A DNA stretch of 64,000 bases, taken from contig AP026128.1 in assembly GCA_030295235.1 (NCBI GenBank), positions 1,116,001 through 1,180,000 of the forward strand, written 5' to 3'. The DNA comes from Fistulifera solaris (taxonomy: Eukaryota). A model generated the notes under the pieces. It ran no database searches and had not been told where the DNA came from. It was given only the letters and a program-made list of their open reading frames with translations. The position numbers and the translations under genes were made by a program. Positions 10,050 to 22,652 of the stretch are shown here, piece after piece (the stretch's first letter is position 1; each line of letters starts with the position of its first letter).

Positions 10050-13000
10050 GATGCGTTGCTAACTACGAAATCAACTGTGTTATAGCTGGATAGAGCTTCA
10101 CGGAGTAGACGCATTTTGGACCCATCACCTGCATTTTCTGAATCATTCTCCTCGAACAAATTACATCGACGGAGAGGATACAAGTCACTGCCCATTAAAG
10201 CCGAATTTTCAGGTGATCCCTCTTGCTTTTAGAACTAACTTCGCTATTGTCAGCTCCTTTTGTCTGGGTCTCTTCCACATTATCTCCGACGACCGCGTTA
10301 CTCTTCATCTTCTTGGGACTTTTCATGGCCTTTTCAGTTTTGGATGACTTCTTGGGACTCTTCGGTGATTTCCCATCCCCAGCCTTCTTACTCTTTTTGG
10401 AGACCTACGTGATGGACTTTTCATGTCTTCCACTTTCTTTTTGCTTTCCGTCGGCGAGTTCAGTGTCTCGTCCGTGTTCTCAATCTTACTCTTACTCGCC
10501 TTCTTAGGCGATTTATGTGCCGATGCTTTGCTTGTGTCGCTGCTCTTCTTCAATCTCCGCGGTGATACTAGTCCGTGATCTTCCGGTGTTCCTTGAGGTT
10601 TCTCTCTTGCCTTTTTCTTTGTTGTCCCTCGTCTAGCCACAGCCTTACCCTTTACGCGAGCTAGCTCTGCTGACGTATCGCTACATACCGTCTCGCTCGA
10701 ACTCGGATCTGTATTGACGATGTATGCCGATGCGTCCGGTCGTTTCCGTACTCGTCGCGTTTGATGATTTGCACTGTCTTCCGAAGAACTCGACTCCGAC
10801 GAGCTCGAATCAAAAGGTTCAGCAACCATTTTATCGTGATCAGCCGAGCCAACATTGTCATTAGAGCTTTCGCTGTTGTCACCGCCACTATCTTTATCGC
10901 TACCACTACTGTCGCTGTAGAATGCCTTCTTCTTTAGTTCTTTTGACTTTCTCTGTGTCGTTTTGATAGCTTCAGCTTCCTTCCTTTTCTCTTCAAGGTC
11001 TCTTTTTGCCTCTGCTTCTCGCCTCTCCCTGGCCTCCTGGAGTCGTGCCACCCTCAGTTTCTTCTTCTCTTCTAAAGTAAGCCCTTCTCTAGTTTTCTTT
11101 TGTCGTGCTTTGACTTCTTCTTTTGCGGCTTTGAGAGCAAGTAGTGCCTTCTCTTTGCGTTCTCTTGCCTCCAAGATCCATTGCGACACCGGGACACTCG
11201 ATCCCCCGTCTTTCTCGTGAGACTTTGAGTCTTCCCTTTTCGAATTTGACAAGGTTGACGGTTTTTCCTGCACTGAAATCTTTGTTGCTTTTCTTGACTT
11301 CTTGTCTTTTCTTTTCTTTTCCTTCTTGCGATTCTTTTTCTTTTTGGCTTTCGAGTCTGAGCGGCGCATGTTCGCGGAATCGTCAATTACTTTTCGCGCC
11401 TCCAGAATCCACACCGTTGGGTCCGGTTCTTCTGAAAGACTTGTCACCTTTCTCTTTTCTCTTTCAGCACGCTGTTGTTTGTATTTCTTTTCCAGCGCCA
11501 TGGCCTTCTGGACAACTCTATTGAAGAAGTCTGAGTCGTCATGTGCTTTGTCTGATTTCGGTTCGGCGTCGACACGCTTCGCTGCCTCAACGAAGGTTGC
11601 TCTTCTCGCTTCATCCATGCTATCGTCGTCATCGCTTTCGGATGAAGAACTATCTTCGTACCATTTCTTTCTAGAAGCTCTCATGGACTGGGCTTTTCGC
11701 GTTTGACGACGTTGCTTTTTTGTTCTAGCAGCTTCGATCCAATGAGAAACGTCATCAATTTTGGCGTCGTCATTATCAGCCTCCGACTTTGAGCTATACT
11801 TCAGCTGTTCGCGTATGTACTCCCGGCGGAGCTGTTTCGCTTCTTGAACGATTAGCACGTCATCGTTTATCGAAGCATCCTGATCCTCTGCTTCATTTTC
11901 GGCAAGCGCCTCCGCGATAATTCGTCTTGCTTCGACTAGCCAAACGTTTTCTCGACTTATTTTCTTCCTCCTTTCTGCTTCACTTACTCTGGCCTTTTGA
12001 ACCCACAGGGATATTTCTTCCTTTGAAAGAGTGGGTTGACCTGAAAATTCCCGCGTTACATCGTCGTTCCGACACAGTTTAAGTGCTTTCAATGCAACTT
12101 CCTCATCGAGTTCATTATCACATACGCTGCTACTATCGTCTTGTTTATTGTCTTTTCCTACCATTGCTTCGTCGCGTAAACGCTTTGCTTCATCAACCCA
12201 AACTTGCCTTTTCGGATCTTCGAGGTCGCAGCTGCCCTTTGCCTTTATTTTACGGGCTTCTGCTAACCAAAAGACCGATCCACATCATCCTCGCTGCTGG
12301 TGCTCTCATCATCGTCATTAGGCAACGAGGATCTCCTTTGATTGTATTTGTTCTCCAGTTCCATCGCCTTTCTAACGACATCAGAGTAATAGGAGCTTTC
12401 TGAACTCTCTGCAACCGATGATTCGGCTTCTACCGCTACTTCTTCGTCTTGATCGCTTTTGTTTGCCAGTGTTTTTTCTTTCATCAACCGAGCTTCTTCT
12501 CGCCATAAATAAACAGAATCGCTGTCGTCGGAATCATCGGAATCGTCCGAATCACTAGAGTCACTGTCCAATACTTTGTTCACTCGGCTGTGGTTACGAC
12601 TAGATTGACCTTCGTCATTCTCGGCCATGGAGCCATCTTTATTCTCATAGTCGAAATTGCTGCTATCAGCTGCCGCGCTCGAGTTGCTACCAGTGAATGA
12701 CAAATGTAGTTTCGACCTAGACAATTGCTTGAGCTGCCTGGCCTCAGCGATCCATCTCGTAATGTTATTAACATCGTCATCCTCTTCAGAATCAGAGTCT
12801 GAGTCTTTTGATTCGCCAGATGTCTCATATATGCGCGCCGTAGTCGCTTTGCCTGGTCAATAATGTCATCGTCTTGATCGCTACCTTCTTCAATGTCGTC
12901 ATATTTCAATATTTCGCCACTAGCAACTTTTTCTCGATGAGCGAGTCTTTGATTTCGCGCCTCTTCCGCCCATCGACTGTTATCCTCAATGTTCTCTGTC

Positions 13001-14024
13001 GTGTCGTTTTCTGGAACGATCACTAACGAAAATGACGATGCTGATTCTTGCTGCAATCGCTCGGAATTCTCTTCCTTCATACTGTCTTCTAAAAGAAGCG
13101 TTTGTCGCTTCAATTCTGTCCTATCCTTATACCTTTGACGATTCTCATTTTCAGCAGCCATGGTACGGGCTGATTCAACGCAAGCAAGGAGATTATCGTC
13201 ACCTTCTTCCTCCGTCGTCTCTCCTTCACCATGCAAGATATCGTCTACAACTTGTTCGGCCAGGGTCGCCCATTGTACCGAAATATCTGTTTCGGTTGCC
13301 TTTATTTTCGTTTCGACCTCTTTGTCCTGAGCGGTCTGTTCGTGAGGTGGAGGACGAGCTTTCTGTTCGTAAAGATCCCAGGCATCTCGAATATTCACAT
13401 ATTCTTCGCGCTTGTGTCCGTCTTGACGGAATATAGCCAAGCGTCTCTCTTTCGAGAGGTCCGAGACATCACCGTAATCGGGTATCAAGGCGAAAATGGA
13501 TCGCAAATAACGCGAGCGAAGGTCACTAAAGCTTTCTCTCGTATCGTCTTCGGCTTGTTTCACCTCTTCGACCGATGAAGAATTGGCCAACGCATTGACG
13601 AAAAGACTACGCAACTCGGATTCATCCCGCGTCGCCACGTCCCCTTGATTGCTCGACATCTCGAGTTTACTCATCGGAGGACTGCGAAATCCTTTTATTG
13701 GGCTTCTGAATCCTTTCATCGGACTGTGATATCCTTTGACCGGGCTTTGCACAAAGCTCGCCATACTCGCATTCAGATTGGCACTCGAATTGAAGTCTTC
13801 CAAAAGATTCGGATCGAGACGGTTGACCATATCGGCCGAAACCGTCGTTGCTTTCCGATTCGTGACAGACTCGGCGCGAGAATACTTGGAAACATCCGTC
13901 ATCGAACTATCCAGCTGGTTGACCGCCAACTGTTGCTTCTTCTCGTATTCTTTTTGTTTCCGTGCATTTTCTTGATATTGAAGAAGACGATCTTTCAAAG
14001 ATAAGCCACTTTTTGCGAGTCCAT
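10050..14024 (-). CDS. Very large charged low-complexity protein with repeated W-x-x-E-A-R helical motifs, split by several frameshifts; 3' end approximate
   Basis: Consecutive overlapping minus ORFs 12580-14148, 12263-12724 and 10323-12164 share composition and motifs. ATG 14024 plus one A gives MDSQKSGLSLKDRL. Confidence 0.7.
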
Positions 14025-14398
14025 GACGCGTGAAGATATCCTTTATTTCATGAAAATGAAGATAAAAAAAAATGCTTGTAAAGGGTAAAGATAAATGAAT
14101 CAAGAAATGAATGGATACTTTATGCTCAACGACGCGAACTTGTGTCAAGACCCCAACTTTTGCGGGTCACGCCAAAAAACAAAAAATGACCCTCTGCGCC
14201 GCGATGCCAGTTTTTAAATGACGTGACTGAAATCCAGTTTACGAGTCGGAGGTGGGACATGCAAAACTACAAACAAAGTACGGAGTACTAACTTACATTT
14301 CGATAAATTCTAGCATTTTTAAAGACAAGAAAATAAACTATGAATATTCTTTTGTCGGATTTCAGCAACTATGAGCTTTATTCTTATTGGTGACAAAA

Positions 14399-15585
14399 TC
14401 ATTGCTCGTAAATAAAGCTGCGCACCGCAAAGAAACCCTCACCATTATCGACCTCATCGGGAGCGTTATCCAAGATGTTGATCGAGGCATCGCCGTCGTC
14501 AAAGGCAGTACCGAGAGGTTCTAATTTCTTCTCCTTCGCCTTTGATTTCCGTGGAGACCTACTGCGGGAAGTGCGCGCCGCCGAACGGCTCTCTTTCGAC
14601 ACCGTTTCCGCTACGGAAGCATTCGCCGATCGATGGGCTCCATTCGATCCATTCCGTACGGCTTCCGACTGTAATGAAACGTGTTGCATGGAAGCCGAAC
14701 GAGATCTACGACGACTCGGTCGTCGTTGTCGCGGGGAAACCGATTGGCTGGAGGACTGTGTCACTGATCGCCGATTCGTACCAGAAGATTCTTTCTTTGC
14801 CGATTCCGAAGGACCGACTGTGCGTCGATCTGTTTTTATTCTCTCCCGGGGCTCTGTTTCGGCGACAATTTTCTTGGCAGTCGGTCTTGCAGCGAACACG
14901 ATCGGGTGTTCCTCACTGGAGCTATCCGTTTCCACTCGACTCGTGGCTAATGTTCGACGACGACGCATGCGTCGGGGAGTGGGTATTTTATGCAAATCAT
15001 CATCTTTCTCGGAAATGACAGGGGCTTCGACCTTGGGTGTTGTATTCATCCACGTACTACTCGACAGCGAAGGTCTGCGCTCTCGTGATCGCTTGAACGG
15101 CGAACGAACACTAGCAGCAGATGGAAGAGAAGAACGACGTTCTCTCATTCGAATGGCAGGAGATGCTACCACCGAAGCTTCGGCTGTTTTTGTGCAGCGG
15201 GGTCGGGCTCTCCGCGGCGAGTCCCGACAGGACGGTGCTAAAACACGTGCGGACGATGAATTGCCTTCTCTGCGGACGCTTTGCGGGGATATTACGTCCG
15301 ACTGTATTCGGCGGGATGAACTTTGACGGCTGCTCCGGGGAAGCCGCGGTGTTTTGCTGCTTTCACGCGACTCGGATACCGCTGAAGATGGCTGGTTTCC
15401 TGTACTGCGTCGACGAGGTTGCCGCGCTTGACGTGTCCTTTCTTCGCCGTCGTCTTTTCGTCGCACTACAGTGCTTCTAGAATCCGCATCCTTTCGTCTC
15501 TCTGATTTCTTTTGCTTAGATCAGCGGCATCCACTTCTTTTGCTTGTTTCTGCGGTGTTGTCGTCTTTTCTACTCGCTCCGGCAT
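14399..15585 (-). CDS. Arg/Ser-rich hypothetical protein; probable start ATG 15585 with a frameshift
   Basis: 355-aa ORF 14399-15466 lacks an in-frame ATG start; an upstream ATG CCG GAG CGA... has similar composition. Confidence 0.6.
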
Positions 15586-16089
15586 GATGCTGTAGCTATT
15601 GCTGGGCTATTCCGCCGAAAGGGTGGTAATTGTTGATTGATTGCGAGCAAAAAGGAAGCGATGACTCATTCGACTTTCATAACAGCGCTACCGTGAACAC
15701 AATGCGAAGTGTCAACCTGCTTGTCATTTTGACGAGATTGAAAGTGTTGCGTGTTGCGTGCCGGCGGCGCCATTTTCGGCTCGTCCGGCCCCCGGCCCAT
15801 AATAACGAAAAACATTCAGTGTTCAGTGAGCTTTGATTAGTCTACATAGGACATTGCAGATGATTACTTAAAGGCTCCGGTCGTGCCTCAAGAATACTAT
15901 CTACATTCTGTACTATATTCCGGAACGAAGTGTGAGAAAACTCCTACAGTGAAGTGACCGGCATCGAATTTGATACAATAAAGTACTCAGCGTTACGCGC
16001 CCTCCGAAGGTGAAACAGCGACCCAACATATACAAATCGCACCGGTACCAACACATCACAGTCTATCCGCCTTTTTTGGGGTAATTATT

Positions 16090-16703
16090 TCGATCATACC
16101 ACTTCCCTTTGGACACCAATGTCAACAATGCTTTGCCCAACATCGCTAATGCAAGCCGAGGAACAGTAATCGCATTTGCTTTGACAATGAAACACGAAAC
16201 AGTAGGAAAATACAACGCTCCCAGTGTGTTCGCGCATTCTGCGTAGCCGCCGTAGGGAATTTATCTCTGCAGGGGTACCCGGATATTACATTTTTCACCA
16301 ACATCCAATTTTGGGCTTTTCCAGTGCACAGATGTCAACGTTGCGTTGCGCACGGTAATGGCTTCGTATCGCTAGCAATATTCGCCATCGATTTGAGAAC
16401 AAAACGCTGACGGAACGAATGATGCAGCTGTTCGAATGTCTACGTATTTTTACGTAGCTCTCGTAGGGAAATTTATCGACAGAGGGCAAACCCGGATATT
16501 GTGTAATTTCGATCACGCCACTTTCCGCGTCTTTTGGACACCAATGTCAACAATGCTTTGCCCAACATCGCTAATGCAAGCCGAGGAACAGTAATCGCAT
16601 TTGCTTTGACAGTGAAACACGAAACAGTAGGAAAATACAACGCTCCCAATGTGTACGCGCATTCTGCGTAGCCGCCGTAGGGAATTTATCTCTGCAGGGG
16701 TAC
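16090..16703. repeat. Three-unit ~212-bp tandem repeat (A-B-A')
   Basis: 16090-16278 and 16508-16703 are nearly identical. The middle unit is diverged but keeps ATGTCAAC and CGTAGGGAA(A)TTTATC...ACCCGGATATT (anchors 16252, 16463, 16677). Confidence 0.85.
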
Positions 16704-16862
16704 AAGTACCCAGAATCCTCTCCCACATTTTCTGGAGACGTGAATGAACACATGCCCACATTTTCTGGACCCGTGAAAGAAGCACTCCCCACATTTTCTG
16801 GACACGTGCACGTGAAATAACACTCCCCCAGCACATTTTCTGAACACCCCAAATTTTCTGGG
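16704..16862. repeat. ~33-bp minisatellite CCCACATTTTCTGGA (half-site variant of the palindromic family)
   Basis: About 5 copies of CACATTTTCTG(G); the same variant recurs at 19255-19372. Confidence 0.75.
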
Positions 16863-16960
16863 CGACATCGACCATATAACGCAAGAAATTTTCGACGAGG
16901 CATTGCGGCAACCGGAAGTCGAGACTGCCTTGTTTTCCTTTCGACATACACTAATGAACG

Positions 16961-17940
16961 ATGTCAGTTCCGTCGAAACCGCACAATTATTTACAAAAAT
17001 GGCGGCGCGAGCTCATTACCAAGGATGATCCAATGCATTTGCATAAAACGTTGGGCATTCTCTGTTTAATTTCTTATATCTGGAGACTCGGTCAATGGGG
17101 CCCCGAACGCGATATGGGCTTTGCGACTCATCCTCAGTTCACTCTACCGACCATCTTCCTGCATTTACTATTAAATCTGTCATCCTTCGAATTCAATTGC
17201 CTCCTCGTCGCATCGACTCGGGATATCGCATTTGGCCAGAATATCGGGCACATTCGCTGGTATTCTTGTGTCGCTCGTTGGCCACGATGCTTGTCACGTA
17301 TTACGAACAACTCTACCAGAAGCCACCCAATAACGGGATGAATCTCGTCATTGTGCTAATGACCGTGGCGGCTGCCGACACCGGATCACGTTTTACCGAC
17401 CATCAATCGGGATTTTCGAGGAAATTACAAGTCCCCAACATGGTCAAATACTACTTCTCGGTGGCACAACTGTGGGCGACCGCCGGTGTCATTTACGGAA
17501 TCCGTCGTTATTCGGTGCACTTACTGTACTGTTTGATCATTCAAGTGAACGCCTTTCTCATGACATTGCGAAGAAAGAATTTGGCCGGTCACTATCTATT
17601 AGTGTCCGTGTATGGATTTCTGTTGGTAGCGGGCATTTTGACCTGCACGGTAGAACTCTTCCTTTGGGATGGATGGAGAGCGGTTCTCACTTTTGGTATT
17701 GCCGCAAATACAGCGTCTATCTTACGATTGGCACCCAGAAAGCTTCCTTTGATGGATAACAAGTATTTGATGTGGATCTTCATTGCCGGCTTGGTTAGCA
17801 TAATGCGACAATCATTCCAAGAAACGGACAAATGGATGATCTCCCTGGCAACAATATCCATGGTAGCAATGATTTCATTGGGATTTTACAATGCCAAATA
17901 TGGATACGGCAATAGTTCCAGCACAACCAAAGATGCGTAA
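16961..17940 (+). CDS. Polytopic membrane protein of unknown function; frameshift near 17190
   Basis: MSVPSKP...LITKDDPMHLHKTLGILCL...SSFEF joins QLPPRRIDSGYRIWPEYRAHSLVF...QVNAFLMTLRRKNL; many TM segments. Confidence 0.8.
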
Positions 17941-18434
17941 AAAGTCAGCTCTATCCGAGTCAAGGAGCGAGCTCAACTTGGATGAAATTTTTGCAACCAA
18001 TACGCAATCCGAACTTAACCTTTCAACTAACCATTCGCGAAGCTACCTATACAGCTAGTAGCTTTACGAAATCCGGGACGCAACAAGCAGCTCTCTAAAG
18101 GAAAGATATTCGACATAATCCCCTGGTGCTGTAACAAGTTCACAGCAAAACATTCGACTTGAAGGCCGGATTATGGGTAATAGTCAAAGCAAGTAGTATT
18201 CGGATGGGTAACGGTGCCGACGACATAGACAAGTATTACGTGGAAATGAGGGCGAGCCATCGTCAATGGGACTGACAATCGTCTGAAACGGAAGGCAAAA
18301 TAGCCCTCTCTAATAGACTAGTTCAATCTAGGATTGTGGTAATGATTTTTTACTTTTTCAAAGCCTCATTATTATGAGGGCATACACCACGAATTCTCGT
18401 GGTTTAAGTGACGATCCAGTCGTTCATCACACAC

Positions 18435-18700
18435 GCGACTGGTCATCGACGTGACTGAAATGTTATTGTTTTCGCCGCCGTTGTTTCTGCTGCGGTGCGA
18501 TGACGATGAAGGAAGAAGAAAAATATAAAAATTCATGCACTCATGCTTCGCTATCCAGTCTAAACTAATAAGGATTACTAAATGGTTTCAAACAGCGAGA
18601 CCTAAAGTAAGAGTAAGCCTAAGAATGTATACATCATTATTTCAAGATTTATTCTACTCTAGCCCCTTGGCATTTTTTCAGCAACAGAAAAACTGACTAT
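18435..18700 (+). pseudogene. Degenerate duplicate of the promoter and first codons of the downstream FAD monooxygenase gene
   Basis: GACTGGTCATCGACGTGACTGA...ATGCACTCA.GCTT...GGATTACTAAATG..TTC.AACAGC...TAAGAATG.ATA...GATTTATT.TACTC.AG.CCCTT aligns collinearly with 19385-19620. Confidence 0.6.
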
Positions 18701-18729
18701 TGATGCGTCTGGTCTGGTGTTCTTCGATC

Positions 18730-19380
18730 CTACAGAAATTCTGTGTAAGTTCCAGAAATTCTGGAATCGTTGGTTTTGGTTCATCCGACATTCTGTGGAT
18801 GTTCCAGAAAATCCGGAAAATGTTTGGAAGGCTTAACAAACAATCTGTGGACTTTCCAGATTATCTGGAATCGGTGTTTGTGTCAAACAGAGATTTTGTG
18901 CACGTTCCAAAATTTCTGGAATGGGTGTCTTTCGGTCAAACAAACATTCTGTGGATGTTCCAGAATTTCTGGAAGTTATTCTTGATCCTGTCTATGGACT
19001 TTCCAGAAAATCTGGAATCGGTGTCTTTCGGTCAAACAGAGATTCTGTTGAAATTTCCAGAATTTCTGGAATCGGTTTTTTTGTGTCAAACATGGATTTT
19101 GTGCCTGTTCCAGAAATTCTGGAATCGGTGTTTTGGTGATCAGACATTCTGTGTATGCGGTGGATGTTCCAGAAAATTCGAAAAAGGTGTTAAAGGATTT
19201 ACAGATAATCAGTGAACGTTCCAGAATATCTGGAAGAATTGGGTGTGTCGAGTCAAACATTTTCTGGACACGTGAACCTACCACACACCCATATTTTCTG
19301 GAGACGTGAAAAATCCACACGCCCAAAATTTCTGCACACGTCAAACTATCACTCACCCAAAATTTCTGGAAACTTCTTGA
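18730..19380. repeat. ~52-bp array with TTCCAGAAATTCTGGAA palindromic core, followed by the 33-bp variant
   Basis: Cores at ~18749, 18801, 18853, 18906, 18958, 19001, 19055, 19108, 19167, 19219. Confidence 0.9.
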
Positions 19381-19581
19381 ACATGACTGGTCATCGACGT
19401 GACTGACGTGTCCTTACATTATTTTCGAATTGCCATCCATTTTTTTATGGGCGTTGTTGACGATGACAATAAAACTATAAGCAATGAGTAGACTAATGCA
19501 CTCACGCTTGTCATAATTTTTGTATCCTTGGATTACTAAATGAATTCGAACAGCACGACTTGTGGTGAGAGTTACGTAAGA

Positions 19582-21452
19582 ATGCATAGATTTTTAGGAT
19601 TTATTTTACTCCAGTCCCTTCTCCAAGGCACTCTAAGTTGGTCCTTTTGTCCTCCGAATAAACTGAGCACCCGCAAAGCAACAGTCTCAATTATCCGAGC
19701 AGTAAACGATATCAGTAACGAAAGTGTAGAGACAGCAGATGCGGTGGTTTGCGGAGGAGGACCAGCGGGACTACTGACCGCCATTATGCTCGCTGAAAAG
19801 TTGCCTCCTTCTCAGAAAATCCGTTTGTACGATCGTTTGTCGGCTCCACCTGACGCCGATGATGATCGAATATGGGACAACGATGTCGCTCGATTTTATC
19901 TGATTGGTTTGGGAGGACGAGGTCAATCGGCACTGCAAGAGTTTGGTGCCTGGGAGGGAGTTGTGAAAGATCGATGCGTTTCTGTGGTGGGTCGACGTGA
20001 TTGGCAGCCCGGCGATCTGGAAGGGACGGAACGCATTTTTACCGAAGCCGAGAAACGAGTTCCAACCGAGGTCTTGGCACGCGACAAACTGGTTGGCGTT
20101 CTTCACCAGCATATTCTCGACAAGTACAACGGGCGTATTGAGTTGAACTATGGTTTCGAGGTACATCCCATAGACTTCAGCCACGAAAATGGAAAGTCTG
20201 TTTTGGTCGAAATTGCTCAATGCACGTCGGAGCTAGGGCGCCTGAATCCGTCGGAAGTCAAGACTTCAGTGGAGAACCAGGAAGAGATCCTTTGCAGCAC
20301 AGAGGACACGAAACTTTTGAAGGTGAATGGTTTACTTGTGGCAGCTGATGGGACAGTTCGTACTGTGGCAAATGCGATGGAGAGAGAAGACAGAAAACGC
20401 TTCGATTCGCTCAATCCAATCCAAAAAGTATTTGCCCCGAAGCCATTCCGAGTGAAACGCTACGATGATGACAATCAGCGCGTCTACAAGTCTTTCCCCA
20501 TCGACGTCCCGAAAGACTGGCGCTTTGATCTCAATTATTCGGCTCGAGCCAAACGCGCCACATTCGACGCGTTACCCGCTAATCGAAAGGGAAACTATTG
20601 CGGACTACTACTGCTAAAGAAAGACGATCCTTTAGCGGTAGAAAACAACGACCCGAATGAATTGAGAGCAATGATGGATAATTCGTTTCCGTTCTTTAGC
20701 AAGTTGATTGACGACGATACCATGGCCACCGTGGCCAAGAAGCCCGTTTCTTATTTGCCGTCTTTCCGATACGCTGGTCCCCGCCTTCATCAAGGCAACA
20801 ATTGCGTGATGCTGGGAGATTGCGTTCACACAGTGAAACCGTATTTCGGGCTAGGTGCAAACAGTGCCTTGGAAGACGTACGCATTTTGGGTCAAGCCAT
20901 TGACAAACACAAAGACGAGAATGGCGAAATCGACACGACCAAAGTCGTTCGTGAATTTTCAAAAGAAGAGCCAAAGATTCCAAGGCACTGGTACGAGTGT
21001 CACGTGACCTGGATCGTCCAGGAAAGCTAGGGGTATTTACATTTTTGATCCCTATTATTCTGGACTCAATCTTTAGCAAGTTCCTGCCGGCTATCTTTAC
21101 TCCGAATATCATTAACATGTTACAACGGGAAGGGTGGACATTCAGCGGCGTCGCACGAAGAAAGAGACTAGAGCGCGTCTTACAGGCTGCTATGCTGGCA
21201 TCTGGTTTTTATCTTGTCGGACGAGTTGCGACTCGCGCTGCATTGTGGACTGTTGCGAAAGTTTTTGCACTTTGCCAGAGATCTGTCGCTGCTCGATATG
21301 CTATCCCTGCTGCCGCACTTTCTTGTGTTGCTACTTTCTTGGCTTCCAGATCGAACAAGACACGTGAATTATCTAAGGATCTTCCAGCGGTAGCTGATGT
21401 CATATCAAAGTTCAGTAAGAAAAGTGAAGAGAAGCAAGTAGCTAAAAAATAA
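19582..21452 (+). CDS. FAD-dependent monooxygenase, kynurenine 3-monooxygenase-like, probably plastid-targeted; frameshift near 20965
   Basis: Signal peptide plus SWSF; GGGPAG Rossmann motif, AADG and LGDCVHTVKPYFGLGANSALED. Continues in ORF 20997-21452. Confidence 0.85.
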
Positions 21453-21593
21453 TGTTTAAATTTTTACCAATGAACATGACACCAAATGACTGTTCTACCG
21501 CTGTACAGTAGACGCGACCAACAGCACAGCGAGTTACGAGAAATAGTTCTAATTTTAGCATACACAGAACGAAATCCATTGACTACATATTTT

Positions 21594-22368
21594 TTAAAAA
21601 AACGGCCCACTCTGCTGATGCTGCTGCGGATACGAATTTCCTGAAACCGGCGGAGTATGATGCACAGGTGCCGAACCCATACCTAACAAGTCATCGTGAT
21701 GGTGTTGCTGGTGGGGCGTATGCGACATTCCGCCGAGTAAATCGGCACTATGGTGATGATGATGCTGGGGCGCCGCTGGCGCCGCGTCGAAAAAAGTCCA
21801 TCGTGGGAGCAGCCACCGGTGCAGGCGGAGGAGCGTGGTGTTGCTGATGTTGCTGCTGCGGTGGAGGAGCTGTGTTGGCTGCAGCGGGTCGATGGAAATC
21901 GTCATCATCATCGTCTTCTTCGTCATCTACCGCAATGCGCGTCACTTTTGCAATGACTTGGTTCTTCCAAGTGGGAACGGGCTGACGATCATCGACACAA
22001 TCCATCCACACGGACATAGCTCCCTTTTCACGGTCTGTTCCAGGTATTAAGGGTGATTTGAAGCGAAAGTGATAGCTTCCCGAGAGTGGAAATGCATTTT
22101 TATTTCCCCGAGAGACGGAGGATAACCTGCCTGGCGCGGCTTTGGGGCCAAAAATACATTCGGCTGAGACTCTAGGTCTCCATCTTCCGGAATGAAGTAG
22201 CTGTGATTGTTGAGTGTGAAATAAGTGATTGTATAAAGCCCGATAATGATAAAAACGGTTACTAATTGGTGAGAACCAAGATGAAACACCGCAAGGAGTC
22301 ATTCACGCAATACGGTCGCGACGAGAAAAAGAATCGAGCGCCTTTATGACTTACCGCACAGTTGTCAT
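21594..22368 (-). CDS. DIX-domain protein with a disordered His/Gln/Pro-rich tail; intron 22201-22354; two homopolymer frameshifts
   Basis: Micro-exon ATGACAACTGTGCG|GTAAG. Spliced MTTVRYFIPEDGD...PNVF...LGEIKNAFPLSGSYHFRFK...VWMD...VP...VIAKV matches the DIX pattern. Confidence 0.75.
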
Positions 22369-22652
22369 AATCTACAAAACCTTAAGACACTCTGTAATCA
22401 ACTTTAAACGCGCAACACCGACTTCGTTATGGAAGCAGTGATATAATAAGACGAGCAATGTTTATTGTCAACGGATCAAAAAAAAATCACGCGTCGTCGT
22501 GCTGCGCGGCAAAAAACTGATCGCTCTGTCACACCGTTTATGAACGGTTGTTAGTTGAATGTTCTACCATTTTTTACAGAATCCATATTTTTATTATTGC
22601 AACCTCTTATCGTCTATTTGCATTATATTTACAAGCACCCAACCCCAAAAGC

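Noticed and set aside
14475..15326. 283-aa plus-strand ORF and similar long antisense ORFs elsewhere
   Set aside because: Shadows of the opposite-strand low-complexity genes.
18700..19406. ORFs with repeated FQKFW / SRNSG / PEFLE peptides (also at 26483-27946 and 39868-40677)
   Set aside because: They arise in all frames and on both strands from stop-poor repeats; unit lengths are mostly not multiples of 3.
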